A stretch of DNA of 64,000 nt. Origin: an uncultured Lachnospiraceae bacterium (GTDB lineage Bacteria; Bacillota; Clostridia; Lachnospirales; Lachnospiraceae). This document shows, one piece after another, positions 31,848 to 40,467 of this stretch. Position 1 is the first letter of the stretch. Every line of letters begins with the position of its first letter. The stretch is from assembly GCA_947246015.1 (NCBI GenBank), contig CAMXQE010000007.1:16171-80170 (forward strand), given 5' to 3'. Below the pieces are notes generated by a model. That model did not search any database. It was not told the origin of the DNA and saw only the letters and a list, made by a program, of their open reading frames with translations. Position numbers and translations under genes: made by a program.

Positions 31848-31925
31848 ACAAACGAAAGAAAAACAAGAATGGTAAAGGATAGCAACCTGTGTATTTGTAA
31901 ATGAATAATACGGAAAAATGTCATT

Positions 31926-32816
31926 CTAAGGATTCCCACGAAGCAGGGAAGTAAATAACTCTGCCGCCTTAGAGAGCGGATGTTCCCCGGAGAGTACGAG
32001 GCAGATGCGGCGGGGCGGCAGTGGTTCCTGTAGGGAAAGCCGGAAAATCCGCCCTTCTTCCAATTTTTGACTAGCAAAGTCAAACGGTACAAATCCGATA
32101 CCGAGATTATTTTCCGCCATGGGGGTAATTAAATCTACGGTTTCCAGTTCGATATCCGGAGCGAGAACCGCCCCGTGGGAAAGGAAGAACTGTTCCAGAA
32201 ACTGTCTGGTGACGGACGCCGGTTCCATACAAATCAGCGGATAGGTACATAATTCCTGCAGCGACAGGGGATGGGAACAGAGGCCGGCATATTTGGGACC
32301 GCCAATCAGGATATCCTGAAATTCGGTGAGCGGGAAAACCTGATAATCATTCAGCATCCCGGAAGCCGTGACGATGATGGCGAAGTCAATGAGTCCGGTA
32401 TCCAGCGCTTTTAAAGTGGCAGGGGTATTGTTGTTGGAGATTTTCAGTTTGATATCGGGATAATTTTCTTTAAACTGCTTTAAATGGGGCAGGAGATAAT
32501 GGTGTAGCGTGGTTCCGGTGGCGCCGATGCGGATTGTTCCGTCGGTGAGCCGGAGGGCGGCGCTCAATTCGCTTTCGGCCTCCCATATATGTTTACAGGC
32601 AACCGAAACGTGGCGGTAGAGAAGTTCCCCTTCGGGAGTCAGTATAACGCCTTTTTTGGAACGCAGGAACAGCGTACAGTTCAGTTCCTGTTCCATATTG
32701 CGGATACACTGGCTGACGGTTGGCTGGGAAAGATAGAGGGTACGGGCGGCGGAGGTAATATTACCCTGTTTGGCAACGTGGTAGAAAACTTTGTAGGAAT
32801 CAAAACTAACGGACAT
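31926..32816 (-). CDS. LysR-family regulator
   Basis: FYHVAKQGNITSAARTLYLSQPTVS..IRNME HTH; RBS AAAGGAG before ATG 32816. Confidence 0.95.
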   Translation of the reverse strand: MSVSFDSYKVFYHVAKQGNITSAARTLYLSQPTVSQCIRNMEQELNCTLFLRSKKGVILTPEGELLYRHVSVACKHIWEAESELSAALRLTDGTIRIGATGTTLHHYLLPHLKQFKENYPDIKLKISNNNTPATLKALDTGLIDFAIIVTASGMLNDYQVFPLTEFQDILIGGPKYAGLCSHPLSLQELCTYPLICMEPASVTRQFLEQFFLSHGAVLAPDIELETVDLITPMAENNLGIGFVPFDFASQKLEEGRIFRLSLQEPLPPRRICLVLSGEHPLSKAAELFTSLLRGNP

Positions 32817-32889
32817 GATATTCTCCTTTGTGTGTATGAAATCCTTTTCCATCTGGATGAAGCACTATGCGGCATACGTTTTATATAAA

Positions 32890-32906
32890 CATAGATATCA
32901 TCTATG
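32890..32906. promoter_or_regulatory. LysR-type binding palindrome (T-N11-A) between divergent genes
   Basis: CATAGATATCATCTATG. Confidence 0.55.
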
Positions 32907-33027
32907 GATAAATATATAAATATTAATTTTATTTATGCTTTAAAAAGTAGTATAATACCTAAGGTGTGAAAAGTAAAGATAGATAAAGATAGATAAGGAA
33001 AGCAGAGAAAAGGAGCAGGATGAGAAA

Positions 33028-34365
33028 ATGATAAAGGATTTAACAGAAGGTTCTCCGAAAAAGGTATTATGGCAGTTTACCATTCCCATGTTTGTCAGCG
33101 TGATTTTCCAGCAGCTTTATAATATTGCGGACAGTATCATAGCGGGACAGTTTGCCGGAGAAGACGCACTGGCTGCAGTGGGCGCTTCTTATCCGATTAC
33201 CATGATATTCATGGCGATAGCCGTTGGGAGCAATATCGGATGTTCGGTAGTGATTTCCAATCTGTTCGGGGCGAAAAGATATAAGGAAATGAAAACAGCG
33301 GTGTATACCACGCTGCTTACCGCCTTTGGCCTGTCGCTGGTATTGACGGCGGCAGGACTGTTGGGAACGAAAGCATTGATGGTGATGATACGCACGCCGG
33401 AAAATATTTTCGCAGACGGGGCACTTTATCTCGGCATCTATATCGGAGGTTTTACGTTTTTATTTTTATATAATGTAGCGACCGGTATTTTTTCGGCATT
33501 GGGGGATTCCAAAACGCCTCTCTATTTCCTGATTGTGTCCTCTCTTGGCAATATTCTGTTGGATTATATTTTTGTTGCCCGTTTCCATTGGGGCGTGGCA
33601 GGTGTGGCATGGGCGACCTTTGTTGCACAGGGGATTGCCTGCATTCTGGCATTGCTTACCATGAAAAAGAGGCTGGGTTTGATACAGACGGAAGGGAAAA
33701 CCGTTCTTTTTTCATGGGGAATGCTCAGGAGAATCAGCCAGATAGCTATTCCCTCCATTTTGCAGCAAAGTTTTGTGTCGGTGGGAAATATTTTCATTCA
33801 GGGTTTGGTAAACAGTTACGGTTCTTCCGTCATTGCCGGATATTCGGCGGCGGTGAAGCTGAATACATTCGCTATTACCAGTTTTACTACCCTGGGCAAC
33901 GGGATTTCCAATTTTACGGCACAGAATCTGGGGGCCGGAAAGGGAAAACGGATTAAAGAAGGGTTCCGTGCGGGTCTTCAGCTGACGATGATGATAGTGG
34001 TAGTCTTTTTTGCCGCGTTTTTCCTGTTCAGTCAGGGCATGATACGGCTGTTTATGGGGGAGGAAAGTACGATGGCGCTGTCTACAGGGGTGGTTTTCCT
34101 GAAAATCGTATCGCCGTTTTATTTCGTGATTTCCGTGAAACTGCTGGCGGACGGCGTGCTGCGCGGTGCGGGGGCAATGAAACAGTTCATGGCATCGACT
34201 TTTACGGATTTGGTACTGCGCGTAGTGCTGGCATTTGTGCTGTCCGGATGGTTTGCATCCACCGGAATATGGCTGTCATGGCCTGTGGGATGGAGTGTGG
34301 CGGCAGTCCTGTCCGTGGTATTTTATAAAAAACTGAAGCTGGATGCGGGACAGGACGGCATGTAA
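33028..34365 (+). CDS. MATE efflux transporter
   Basis: FQQLYNIADSIIAG, ALGDSKTPL, GVAGVAWAT, AQNLGAG. Confidence 0.94.
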   Translation: MIKDLTEGSPKKVLWQFTIPMFVSVIFQQLYNIADSIIAGQFAGEDALAAVGASYPITMIFMAIAVGSNIGCSVVISNLFGAKRYKEMKTAVYTTLLTAFGLSLVLTAAGLLGTKALMVMIRTPENIFADGALYLGIYIGGFTFLFLYNVATGIFSALGDSKTPLYFLIVSSLGNILLDYIFVARFHWGVAGVAWATFVAQGIACILALLTMKKRLGLIQTEGKTVLFSWGMLRRISQIAIPSILQQSFVSVGNIFIQGLVNSYGSSVIAGYSAAVKLNTFAITSFTTLGNGISNFTAQNLGAGKGKRIKEGFRAGLQLTMMIVVVFFAAFFLFSQGMIRLFMGEESTMALSTGVVFLKIVSPFYFVISVKLLADGVLRGAGAMKQFMASTFTDLVLRVVLAFVLSGWFASTGIWLSWPVGWSVAAVLSVVFYKKLKLDAGQDGM

Positions 34366-34400
34366 ATGGAATGATGGTATTTAAGCGGATTATCAGGTGG

Positions 34401-34491
34401 AATCAAATATCCCGTACAGACAGCGGTGTATTTGACCCTTGCGGCAGTCGCCAAATGTTGCAGTTGCTTAGCCCGCTGTCCGCTGGAATAA
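34401..34491 (-). repeat. Palindromic intergenic repeat family, copy F
   Basis: Reverse complement reads TTATTCC...TGCAACATTTGGCGACTGCCGCAAGGGTCAAATAC...ATTTGATT, like 36892-36983. Confidence 0.8.
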
Positions 34492-34757
34492 AGAGGAGGG
34501 CGTATCAGTCTGGATGCGTCCTCTCTTTTTACTTTCTTTATGAACAGGGCATCCAAAGGAAGTATGTCAGCAGAGCTGACGGATGCCCCGCGCGGCGAGC
34601 AGGGAGAAGAGCTTCCCTGTCTGACTGCACACGCCGATGCAGGGGAAACGCTTTTCCCTGCCCGATTCTGAGATTCAGCTTTTTTTCTAAAAAAATGTCA
34701 TGCAGATGAGGAAGGATATTGGCTGTATGACCGAAATCTGAAAAATTTTGTTTTTTC

Positions 34758-34787
34758 TGCAATTTTTTCCCTCTTATATTTGTCTAA
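34758..34787 (+). promoter_or_regulatory. ECF-type (probably autoregulatory) promoter
   Basis: TGCAAT...GTCTAA upstream of the ECF sigma gene. Confidence 0.45.
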
Positions 34788-34884
34788 TAGATGTAAGATA
34801 ACAAAAGAATGAATCGGTTATCGCACACCGGCGCCGGTGTAAAGAGATGTCAGATGATTTTAACTGCGAAAGGAGATAAGACAG

Positions 34885-35400
34885 GTGGAGCTTCTGGTAA
34901 AAAGGGCTAAGAGAGGTGATGCCGAAGCCTTCATAGAGCTGATGGAACAGAACAAGCAGAGTATGTATAAAGTAGCCAAAGGTTTCTTAAGTGATGAGGA
35001 AGATGTAGCGGATGCAATGTCAGAGACGGTTCTGACATGTTATGAGAAAATGCGCTCTCTTAGACAGGATGCCTATTTTAAGACATGGATGATACGGATT
35101 CTGATGAATCATTGTAAGGATATTCTGCGGAAACGGAAGAGGAGTATTTCCGTGGAAACGATGCCCGAATTGGAAGACCGGACGGCAGATGACGACGGGC
35201 AGGTGTTTCAGGAGTTGATTGAACCGTTAAAGGCGCAGGACCGCAGTATTTTTACCTTATATTATGTCTATGGCATGAAGGTAAAGGAAATTGCGGCCTA
35301 TATGGAAATGAAAGAAAATACGGTGGCATCCCGGTTAAAACGCGGGCGGGAAATGCTGCGGGACGAAATGACAGGCAGTCGGGAAACAGGAGGGCGCTGA
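34885..35400 (+). CDS. ECF RNA polymerase sigma factor
   Basis: GDAEAF, DVADAMSET, FKTWMIRILMN, MKVKEIA...TVASRLKRGR. Confidence 0.93.
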   Translation: MELLVKRAKRGDAEAFIELMEQNKQSMYKVAKGFLSDEEDVADAMSETVLTCYEKMRSLRQDAYFKTWMIRILMNHCKDILRKRKRSISVETMPELEDRTADDDGQVFQELIEPLKAQDRSIFTLYYVYGMKVKEIAAYMEMKENTVASRLKRGREMLRDEMTGSRETGGR

Positions 35401-36815
35401 TGGATAGAAAAGTGGAAGAGAGGCTTCCGGAGATTGTGGAAGAGCGGTTACAGGAAGCATATGACGCAATTCGGAACGGGGAGGTAAAGCAGATGGGTAA
35501 GACGGAGCGGAAACAGAAGAGAGGTTACAGGAGATGGATGAGCGTGGCGGCGGCTTTGGCGCTGATTGTGGCAGTGCCGTCGGCGGTGTTTGCGGCGGCA
35601 GTATATTTCCAGAAGAATACACAACAGGAAGCAGACCGGCTGACGTATGAATTTGAGCTGAATTATGAGCTGGTGCCCGGAGAATATCAGGTGACGCCGG
35701 AATATATACCGGACGGCATGGCGGAGCAGGGCGACGGTAAGTATTGCGGGGAGGAGGATGTATGGATTACCGTGATGCCGATTTATACGATGGCAGAGCT
35801 GGAAAAGGCGAACGGACAGATTGTGGTGGAAGATATCGGGCAGGTGGAGCATACGGTTCTGAGCGGTATGACGGCGGATGTAATCACCTTTCGGGAAACG
35901 GAAAAATACCGGCGCAATACCTGCATTTTCCTGTTTAATGAAAGAGACGGATATGTGCTCCATATCGTTGCCGGATATAAATTGGAAAAAGAGGAACTTC
36001 TGAAGTTTGCCGACAGTTTAAACGTCATCAGAACCGGAGACGGAAGTTATGAGACAGTGGATGAGAAAACGGTCAGGGAGCAGGAGAAAGCGGAGGCTGC
36101 GGGTCTGGAGGCAGAAGCGGCCGGAAACTGGGATGAACTGATGCGGCTGGGGATTCCGGAGGATAAAATATACGCCGTGGGTGAGGAGTTATACACATAT
36201 GCAGGTGCCTTCGGATATAAGGTCACAGGCTATGAATTCCTGGACAGTCTGGAAGGGTTTGCGGAGAAAGACTTTTTTGACTATACCAGATTTGACGGGT
36301 GGCTCAATGCGGACAAAACGCTCCGCCCCTATATGCGGCAGCATTATGATAAGACGGGAGCGCTTCTTGCAGAAGAAGAGGCAGAACAGTTGATTCTCCG
36401 TGTGGATATAGACGTACACTGCTATGACGACCAGTGGGAAGGGCTGCCCCTGGATGAAGCGGCGCTGGATTTTGAGCTGAATTATGTAAAGGAAACAGGG
36501 GATGGCGTGTATACGTGGGAGGAAGAATATTATGACGCTGTTCCGTCAGAAGAATACAGCCTGCAGATGGACAACAGCGCAGTCTATATCAATGTAGCGG
36601 CCCATACGCAGGGGGAGGACCGCAAGGACTTTTTCTACCGTGATATAGAAAAAGGAGAGAGCATCAGCTATACACTGCTCTTTATCGTGGACAGAGACCG
36701 CAAAGAGGATTTCTTCTTAAGTCCCTGCGGGGTCAATAGCAGTATATGGCAGAGCGAATATATGACGGCGGAAGAAATCAGGGATGAGATGGAGGGGTAT
36801 ATCCGGCTGGAGTAA
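35400..36815 (+). CDS. Membrane-anchored anti-sigma factor-like protein
   Basis: Short cytoplasmic N-terminus, one TM (VAAALALIVAVPSAVFAAAVY), large acidic extracellular domain; coupled to the ECF gene. Confidence 0.75.
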   Translation: MDRKVEERLPEIVEERLQEAYDAIRNGEVKQMGKTERKQKRGYRRWMSVAAALALIVAVPSAVFAAAVYFQKNTQQEADRLTYEFELNYELVPGEYQVTPEYIPDGMAEQGDGKYCGEEDVWITVMPIYTMAELEKANGQIVVEDIGQVEHTVLSGMTADVITFRETEKYRRNTCIFLFNERDGYVLHIVAGYKLEKEELLKFADSLNVIRTGDGSYETVDEKTVREQEKAEAAGLEAEAAGNWDELMRLGIPEDKIYAVGEELYTYAGAFGYKVTGYEFLDSLEGFAEKDFFDYTRFDGWLNADKTLRPYMRQHYDKTGALLAEEEAEQLILRVDIDVHCYDDQWEGLPLDEAALDFELNYVKETGDGVYTWEEEYYDAVPSEEYSLQMDNSAVYINVAAHTQGEDRKDFFYRDIEKGESISYTLLFIVDRDRKEDFFLSPCGVNSSIWQSEYMTAEEIRDEMEGYIRLE

Positions 36816-36891
36816 GAAGGAAAATGAAAAGAAAAAGAATATCCCGTGGAAGAGCAGGTACTGAAAAGCACCGGATTCCACAGGATATTTT

Positions 36892-36983
36892 TATTCCCGC
36901 GAGCAACGAGCCAAGTGTCTGCAACATTTGGCGACTGCCGCGAGGGTCAAATACCCCGTTGCTCTGCAGCGGGGTATTTGATT
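36892..36983 (+). repeat. Palindromic intergenic repeat family, copy G (short form)
   Basis: TATTCCCGCGAGCAACGAGCC...GTCAAATACCCCGTTGCTCTGCAGCGGGGTATTTGATT. Confidence 0.9.
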
Positions 36984-36994
36984 TTGGAAAAAAC

Positions 36995-37052
36995 GGCAAC
37001 TGCGTTGAAAAAAAGAACTATATGAAAAGTAGGAAGAGCTCAGAGAAAGGAG
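36995..37052 (+). promoter_or_regulatory. Conserved promoter-like motif, copy 1 (upstream of nrdG)
   Basis: GGCAACTG-N12-GAACTATAT-N3-AAGTAGGA.GAGC-N5-GAAAGGAG; 43/58 ungapped identity with 40343-40400. Confidence 0.7.
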
Positions 37053-37099
37053 GTGCACTTATCAGGGAAGAGAATGTAGTCTGATAACGGAAAGGAGGG

Positions 37100-37582
37100 T
37101 TGGGCATGAATCATACAATAGAATGTGCGGGCTGGCTGGAGAACAGTTGTGATGACGGACCGGGAATGAGAAGCGTCCTGTTTTTACAGGGGTGCAGTAA
37201 GAATTGTAGCGGATGTCATAATTCGGGAATTAAGGAACATGGAAAAGGAACAGAGATGGAAATTGATGCATTAATCAATTTTATTGAGTCAAAATGCTGC
37301 AACGGAAAGATTACAATTTCAGGAGGTGAGCCGTTAGAGCAGATGGACAGCCTGGCTGTACTGCTGGAGAAGCTGAAGGTCAAAGGATATAATATCTGCG
37401 TATATACAGGATGGGAATTGGAAAAAGTGCCGGAAAAGATTTTAAAACTGGTGGATTATATAAAAACAGGCAGTTTTATCATTAATTTGAGGAACTCTTA
37501 TATGCAATATGCCGGTTCGTCAAATCAACATATGTTTGCTGTTAATAATGGTAAGATCAAAGAGATGAGCTTACTTGCATAG
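37100..37582 (+). CDS. nrdG: Anaerobic RNR activating radical-SAM enzyme (ATG alternative at 37106)
   Basis: DGPGMRSVLFLQGCSKNCSGCHN (CxxxCxxC), ISGGEP, YTGW, GSSNQ. Confidence 0.9.
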   Translation: MGMNHTIECAGWLENSCDDGPGMRSVLFLQGCSKNCSGCHNSGIKEHGKGTEMEIDALINFIESKCCNGKITISGGEPLEQMDSLAVLLEKLKVKGYNICVYTGWELEKVPEKILKLVDYIKTGSFIINLRNSYMQYAGSSNQHMFAVNNGKIKEMSLLA

Positions 37583-37593
37583 CATGGAAAGGA

Positions 37594-39276
37594 ATGGTAA
37601 TGATTATGAGTATGGACAGAGCAACAGACCTGGCAAATAGAAAAAGGAATACAGCGGGTGTGGTTTCAGAAGACGGTCAGAGATATAGAAAAAAGTATAT
37701 ATTGAATCATATAGTGCCTGAAAAAAATGCAGAAAAGCATAATAGCCGGATGTGTCATATCCATGATTTGGAATGTTACGATATTACATATAACTGTATA
37801 GGGATATCTGTAAAGGATTTGGTTGGGAACAAGAGCAGAAGCTTCCGTAATATGCTCCGGGCTTTGTACAGAGCTATTGTGGAACTGGCAAATATCCAGT
37901 CAGGAGGAATTGGTTTCATAAATTTTGATTCTGATATTGCGTTATATATCGGAAATGAGAGTGATGCAGAAATTGTGGAAGCTCTTCATGAGTTGTTTCT
38001 GGATCTTAATACAAGTACAAGAAAAGGCTGTGAGAATCCATATGTAACGCTGAACTTCGGGCTGGATACAAGTGTTAACGGACGCAGGGCCGGCTTTTTA
38101 TTACTTGATGCATACGAAAAGGGGGATGAAAGGGGGAATCCGTTTATATTTCCCAACCTGGTATTTAAGATGAAGAGTGGGACTAATTTGGAAAGAAATA
38201 CAGCAAACTATGATTTGTATTGCAGGGCATTAAGTGTGACGGCAAAAAGAATGGTGCCGACCTACTTTAACTGTGACAGTATCAGCAATGCAGAATATAT
38301 TGCGGAAACAATCGGGATTATGGGATGCAGGACAAGAGTGGCTTCCAACGTAAATGGGAAAGAGGGGGTGCTGAACAGGGGAAATGTTGCATGTGTGACC
38401 CTGAATTTGGTTCAGATGGCATATCAGGCAAGAGGCGATATGGATGTTTTCTATTCTATATTAGATGAAAATCTGGAAGATGCAAAAGAAGTACTGTTGC
38501 ATAGGCTCAGCATTTTATGTGAGCGGGGGTTGTTTGGGGAATATTATGATAAAAGATATTATCAGGGAGCAGAAAAAAAGGACGTATATGAAATGTTGAA
38601 AAATGGGACGCTTGCTATCGGTTTTATTGGTCTTTGGGATGCCATAGGAACATTAATGGGATGTGAAATAGATTCTGCGGATATTATGAATCAGCATTTC
38701 GATACTGCCTATGGAGTCATCAGTCATATGAGGGATTATACGGATAAGGCAGCAAAGAAGGAACATTTGAATATATCGCTGCTTGCGACAGCGGCGGAAG
38801 GTGTCACAGGGAATTTCGCTCAGTATGACAGCTTAAATCTTGGGAAAGATTTTACAGCATGTAAAAAAGGGTTTTATACAAATTCCTTCCATGTTCCTGT
38901 TAATCTGCATATCAATTACAAAGATAAAATTCAGTTGGAGGGAAAATTTCACAGATTGTGCAATGGCGGCTCCATTACTTATGTTGAGTTAAAAGAGATG
39001 CCCGGAAACAATGTGGAGGCTGTCAGGGAAGTCGTGGAATATGCGTATCATAATGATTGTAATTATATTGGCATTAATTTCCCGATGGATAACTGTATGG
39101 AATGCGGCTGTACAGGAAGGATTATTGGTCAGTGCCCATGCTGTAAATCTGATAAAATCAGAAGATTGAGGAGGGTATCAGGATATCTTTCAGAAGAAAA
39201 CAGCTTTACGCCAGGAAAGAGAAAAGAACTGGGTGAGAGAACTTGCCATATGACAGTGAACTTTACAGGGGAATAA
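37594..39276 (+). CDS. nrdD: Class III (anaerobic) ribonucleoside-triphosphate reductase without ATP-cone
   Basis: HIHDL, YNC, QSGG, FPNLVF, MGCRT, YTNSFH, CMECG..CPCC zinc site, RVSGY glycyl-radical loop. Confidence 0.88.
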   Translation: MVMIMSMDRATDLANRKRNTAGVVSEDGQRYRKKYILNHIVPEKNAEKHNSRMCHIHDLECYDITYNCIGISVKDLVGNKSRSFRNMLRALYRAIVELANIQSGGIGFINFDSDIALYIGNESDAEIVEALHELFLDLNTSTRKGCENPYVTLNFGLDTSVNGRRAGFLLLDAYEKGDERGNPFIFPNLVFKMKSGTNLERNTANYDLYCRALSVTAKRMVPTYFNCDSISNAEYIAETIGIMGCRTRVASNVNGKEGVLNRGNVACVTLNLVQMAYQARGDMDVFYSILDENLEDAKEVLLHRLSILCERGLFGEYYDKRYYQGAEKKDVYEMLKNGTLAIGFIGLWDAIGTLMGCEIDSADIMNQHFDTAYGVISHMRDYTDKAAKKEHLNISLLATAAEGVTGNFAQYDSLNLGKDFTACKKGFYTNSFHVPVNLHINYKDKIQLEGKFHRLCNGGSITYVELKEMPGNNVEAVREVVEYAYHNDCNYIGINFPMDNCMECGCTGRIIGQCPCCKSDKIRRLRRVSGYLSEENSFTPGKRKELGERTCHMTVNFTGE

Positions 39277-39301
39277 GCAGGAGGAAAGGAGGATGATTCA
39301 G

Positions 39302-39417
39302 ATTACTGCTCACGGATTATGCCGCTTCGTTAAGTGTCACAGTACTTTGATGCTTTGCGGGGTGACGCCGTAAGCAGTAATTTATGGAATCTATGGAATC
39401 TATGGAATCTATGGAAC
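39302..39417. repeat. 80-bp hairpin element followed by a 9-bp tandem repeat
   Basis: ATTACTGCTCACGG...CCGTAAGCAGTAAT (13/14 inverted match), then (TATGGAATC)x3 plus a partial copy. Confidence 0.65.
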
Positions 39418-39430
39418 ATGGAAATTTTTG

Positions 39431-39594
39431 TTGAAAAGATTGTATGGATTTGATATAATAAAACTCATAAATATGAACAAATTGTTAACAAGACATTTTT
39501 GGGGTGAAAAAAGGTAATTGTCAGAATATTCTGTGAATTACACGTAAAAATGGGTCTTGGAACGCACTGTTTATGGGGCTTTTCAAGCCGTACC
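39431..39594 (+). promoter_or_regulatory. CRISPR leader 1 with sigma-A promoter
   Basis: TTGAAA-17-TATAAT with extended TG (39431-39459); AT-rich; highly similar to leader 2. Confidence 0.85.
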
Positions 39595-39930
39595 GTAGAA
39601 ATGAAGGAAGCCCGTATGAGGGCATTGAAACAAGACTCCTTCCAGTTAATAGGAGCTACTTCTGTTGGGTAGAAATGAAGGAAGCCCGTATGAGGGCATT
39701 GAAACACTCCTAGCGTCAACGATAACCGACTTATCACTGGTCGGTAGAAATGAAGGAAGCCCGTATGAGGGCATTGAAACACAGTAACATTATGCTGTAC
39801 CACAACAGGTTCTTCATTGGTAGAAATGAAGGAAGCCCATATGAGGGCATTGAAACAGTGTAAATCTTCCAGTTGTACCCGAATAATTCGGGAGTAGAAA
39901 TGAAGGAAGCCCGCCAAAGGGCATTAGTTA
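39595..39930 (+). CRISPR. CRISPR array 1: 5 repeats (37 bp), 4 spacers (37, 38, 39, 37 nt)
   Basis: GTAGAAATGAAGGAAGCCCGTATGAGGGCATTGAAAC at 39595, 39669, 39744, 39820 (1 SNP) and a degenerate copy at 39894; GCCC/GGGC stem and ATTGAAAC 3' handle. Confidence 0.97.
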
Positions 39931-40342
39931 TAAATTACAAAATTCTTAGGAATAGGATTTTATTTGTCTTGCATGGTTTGTCTGTTATATGCCTGGTTAC
40001 ATTTGAATCAAAACAAGTTGGTGAGGATATATCTTCCTGAACCGTTTCTGTGTCTGTTTGAGCGGCTTTGTTATGATAAGGCATATATGTCTGCTGTAAT
40101 ATCAAAGAGAACAGATAGGCTATTTATTCCATGATGGTTCGCATTGAGAACGATATGCCGGTGCAGACTAAAAATCCGGAAAGTATTTTCCACCGATAAA
40201 TATTCTGTTTTTATTTTAGGCTCTTTATGGCTGCTGCCATGAGGGGCTTTTTGCGTTGGCTTTATCTGAGCATAGTCACAGGAAAACAGTGTATGGAAAG
40301 ATGTTTTGCTAAAAAATTTTTTTAAAATTTTTTTAGATAATT

Positions 40343-40400
40343 GGCAACTGACGAAAAAAAAGGAACTGTATAGTAAGTAGGAGGAGCGAATGGAAAGGAG
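40343..40400 (+). promoter_or_regulatory. Conserved promoter-like motif, copy 2
   Basis: GGCAACTG-N12-GAACTGTAT-N3-AAGTAGGA.GAGC-N5-GAAAGGAG. Confidence 0.7.
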
Positions 40401-40467
40401 CGCACCTGATGAGAGGAAACGGTAAAAATGGATGAAAAACAAAATGAAAGTCAGGAGGCAGTTATTT

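Noticed and set aside
34885-36815. ECF sigma/anti-sigma pair as part of the CRISPR system
   Set aside because: Ordinary membrane anti-sigma architecture, host-like GC, and separated from the island by a repeat copy. Kept only as an alternative reader of the shared motif.
39465-39917. 150-aa minus-strand ORF (and ORFs 54238-54489, 54425-54619)
   Set aside because: Translations of CRISPR repeats and leaders (repeated FQCPHTG/FNALI), not genes.
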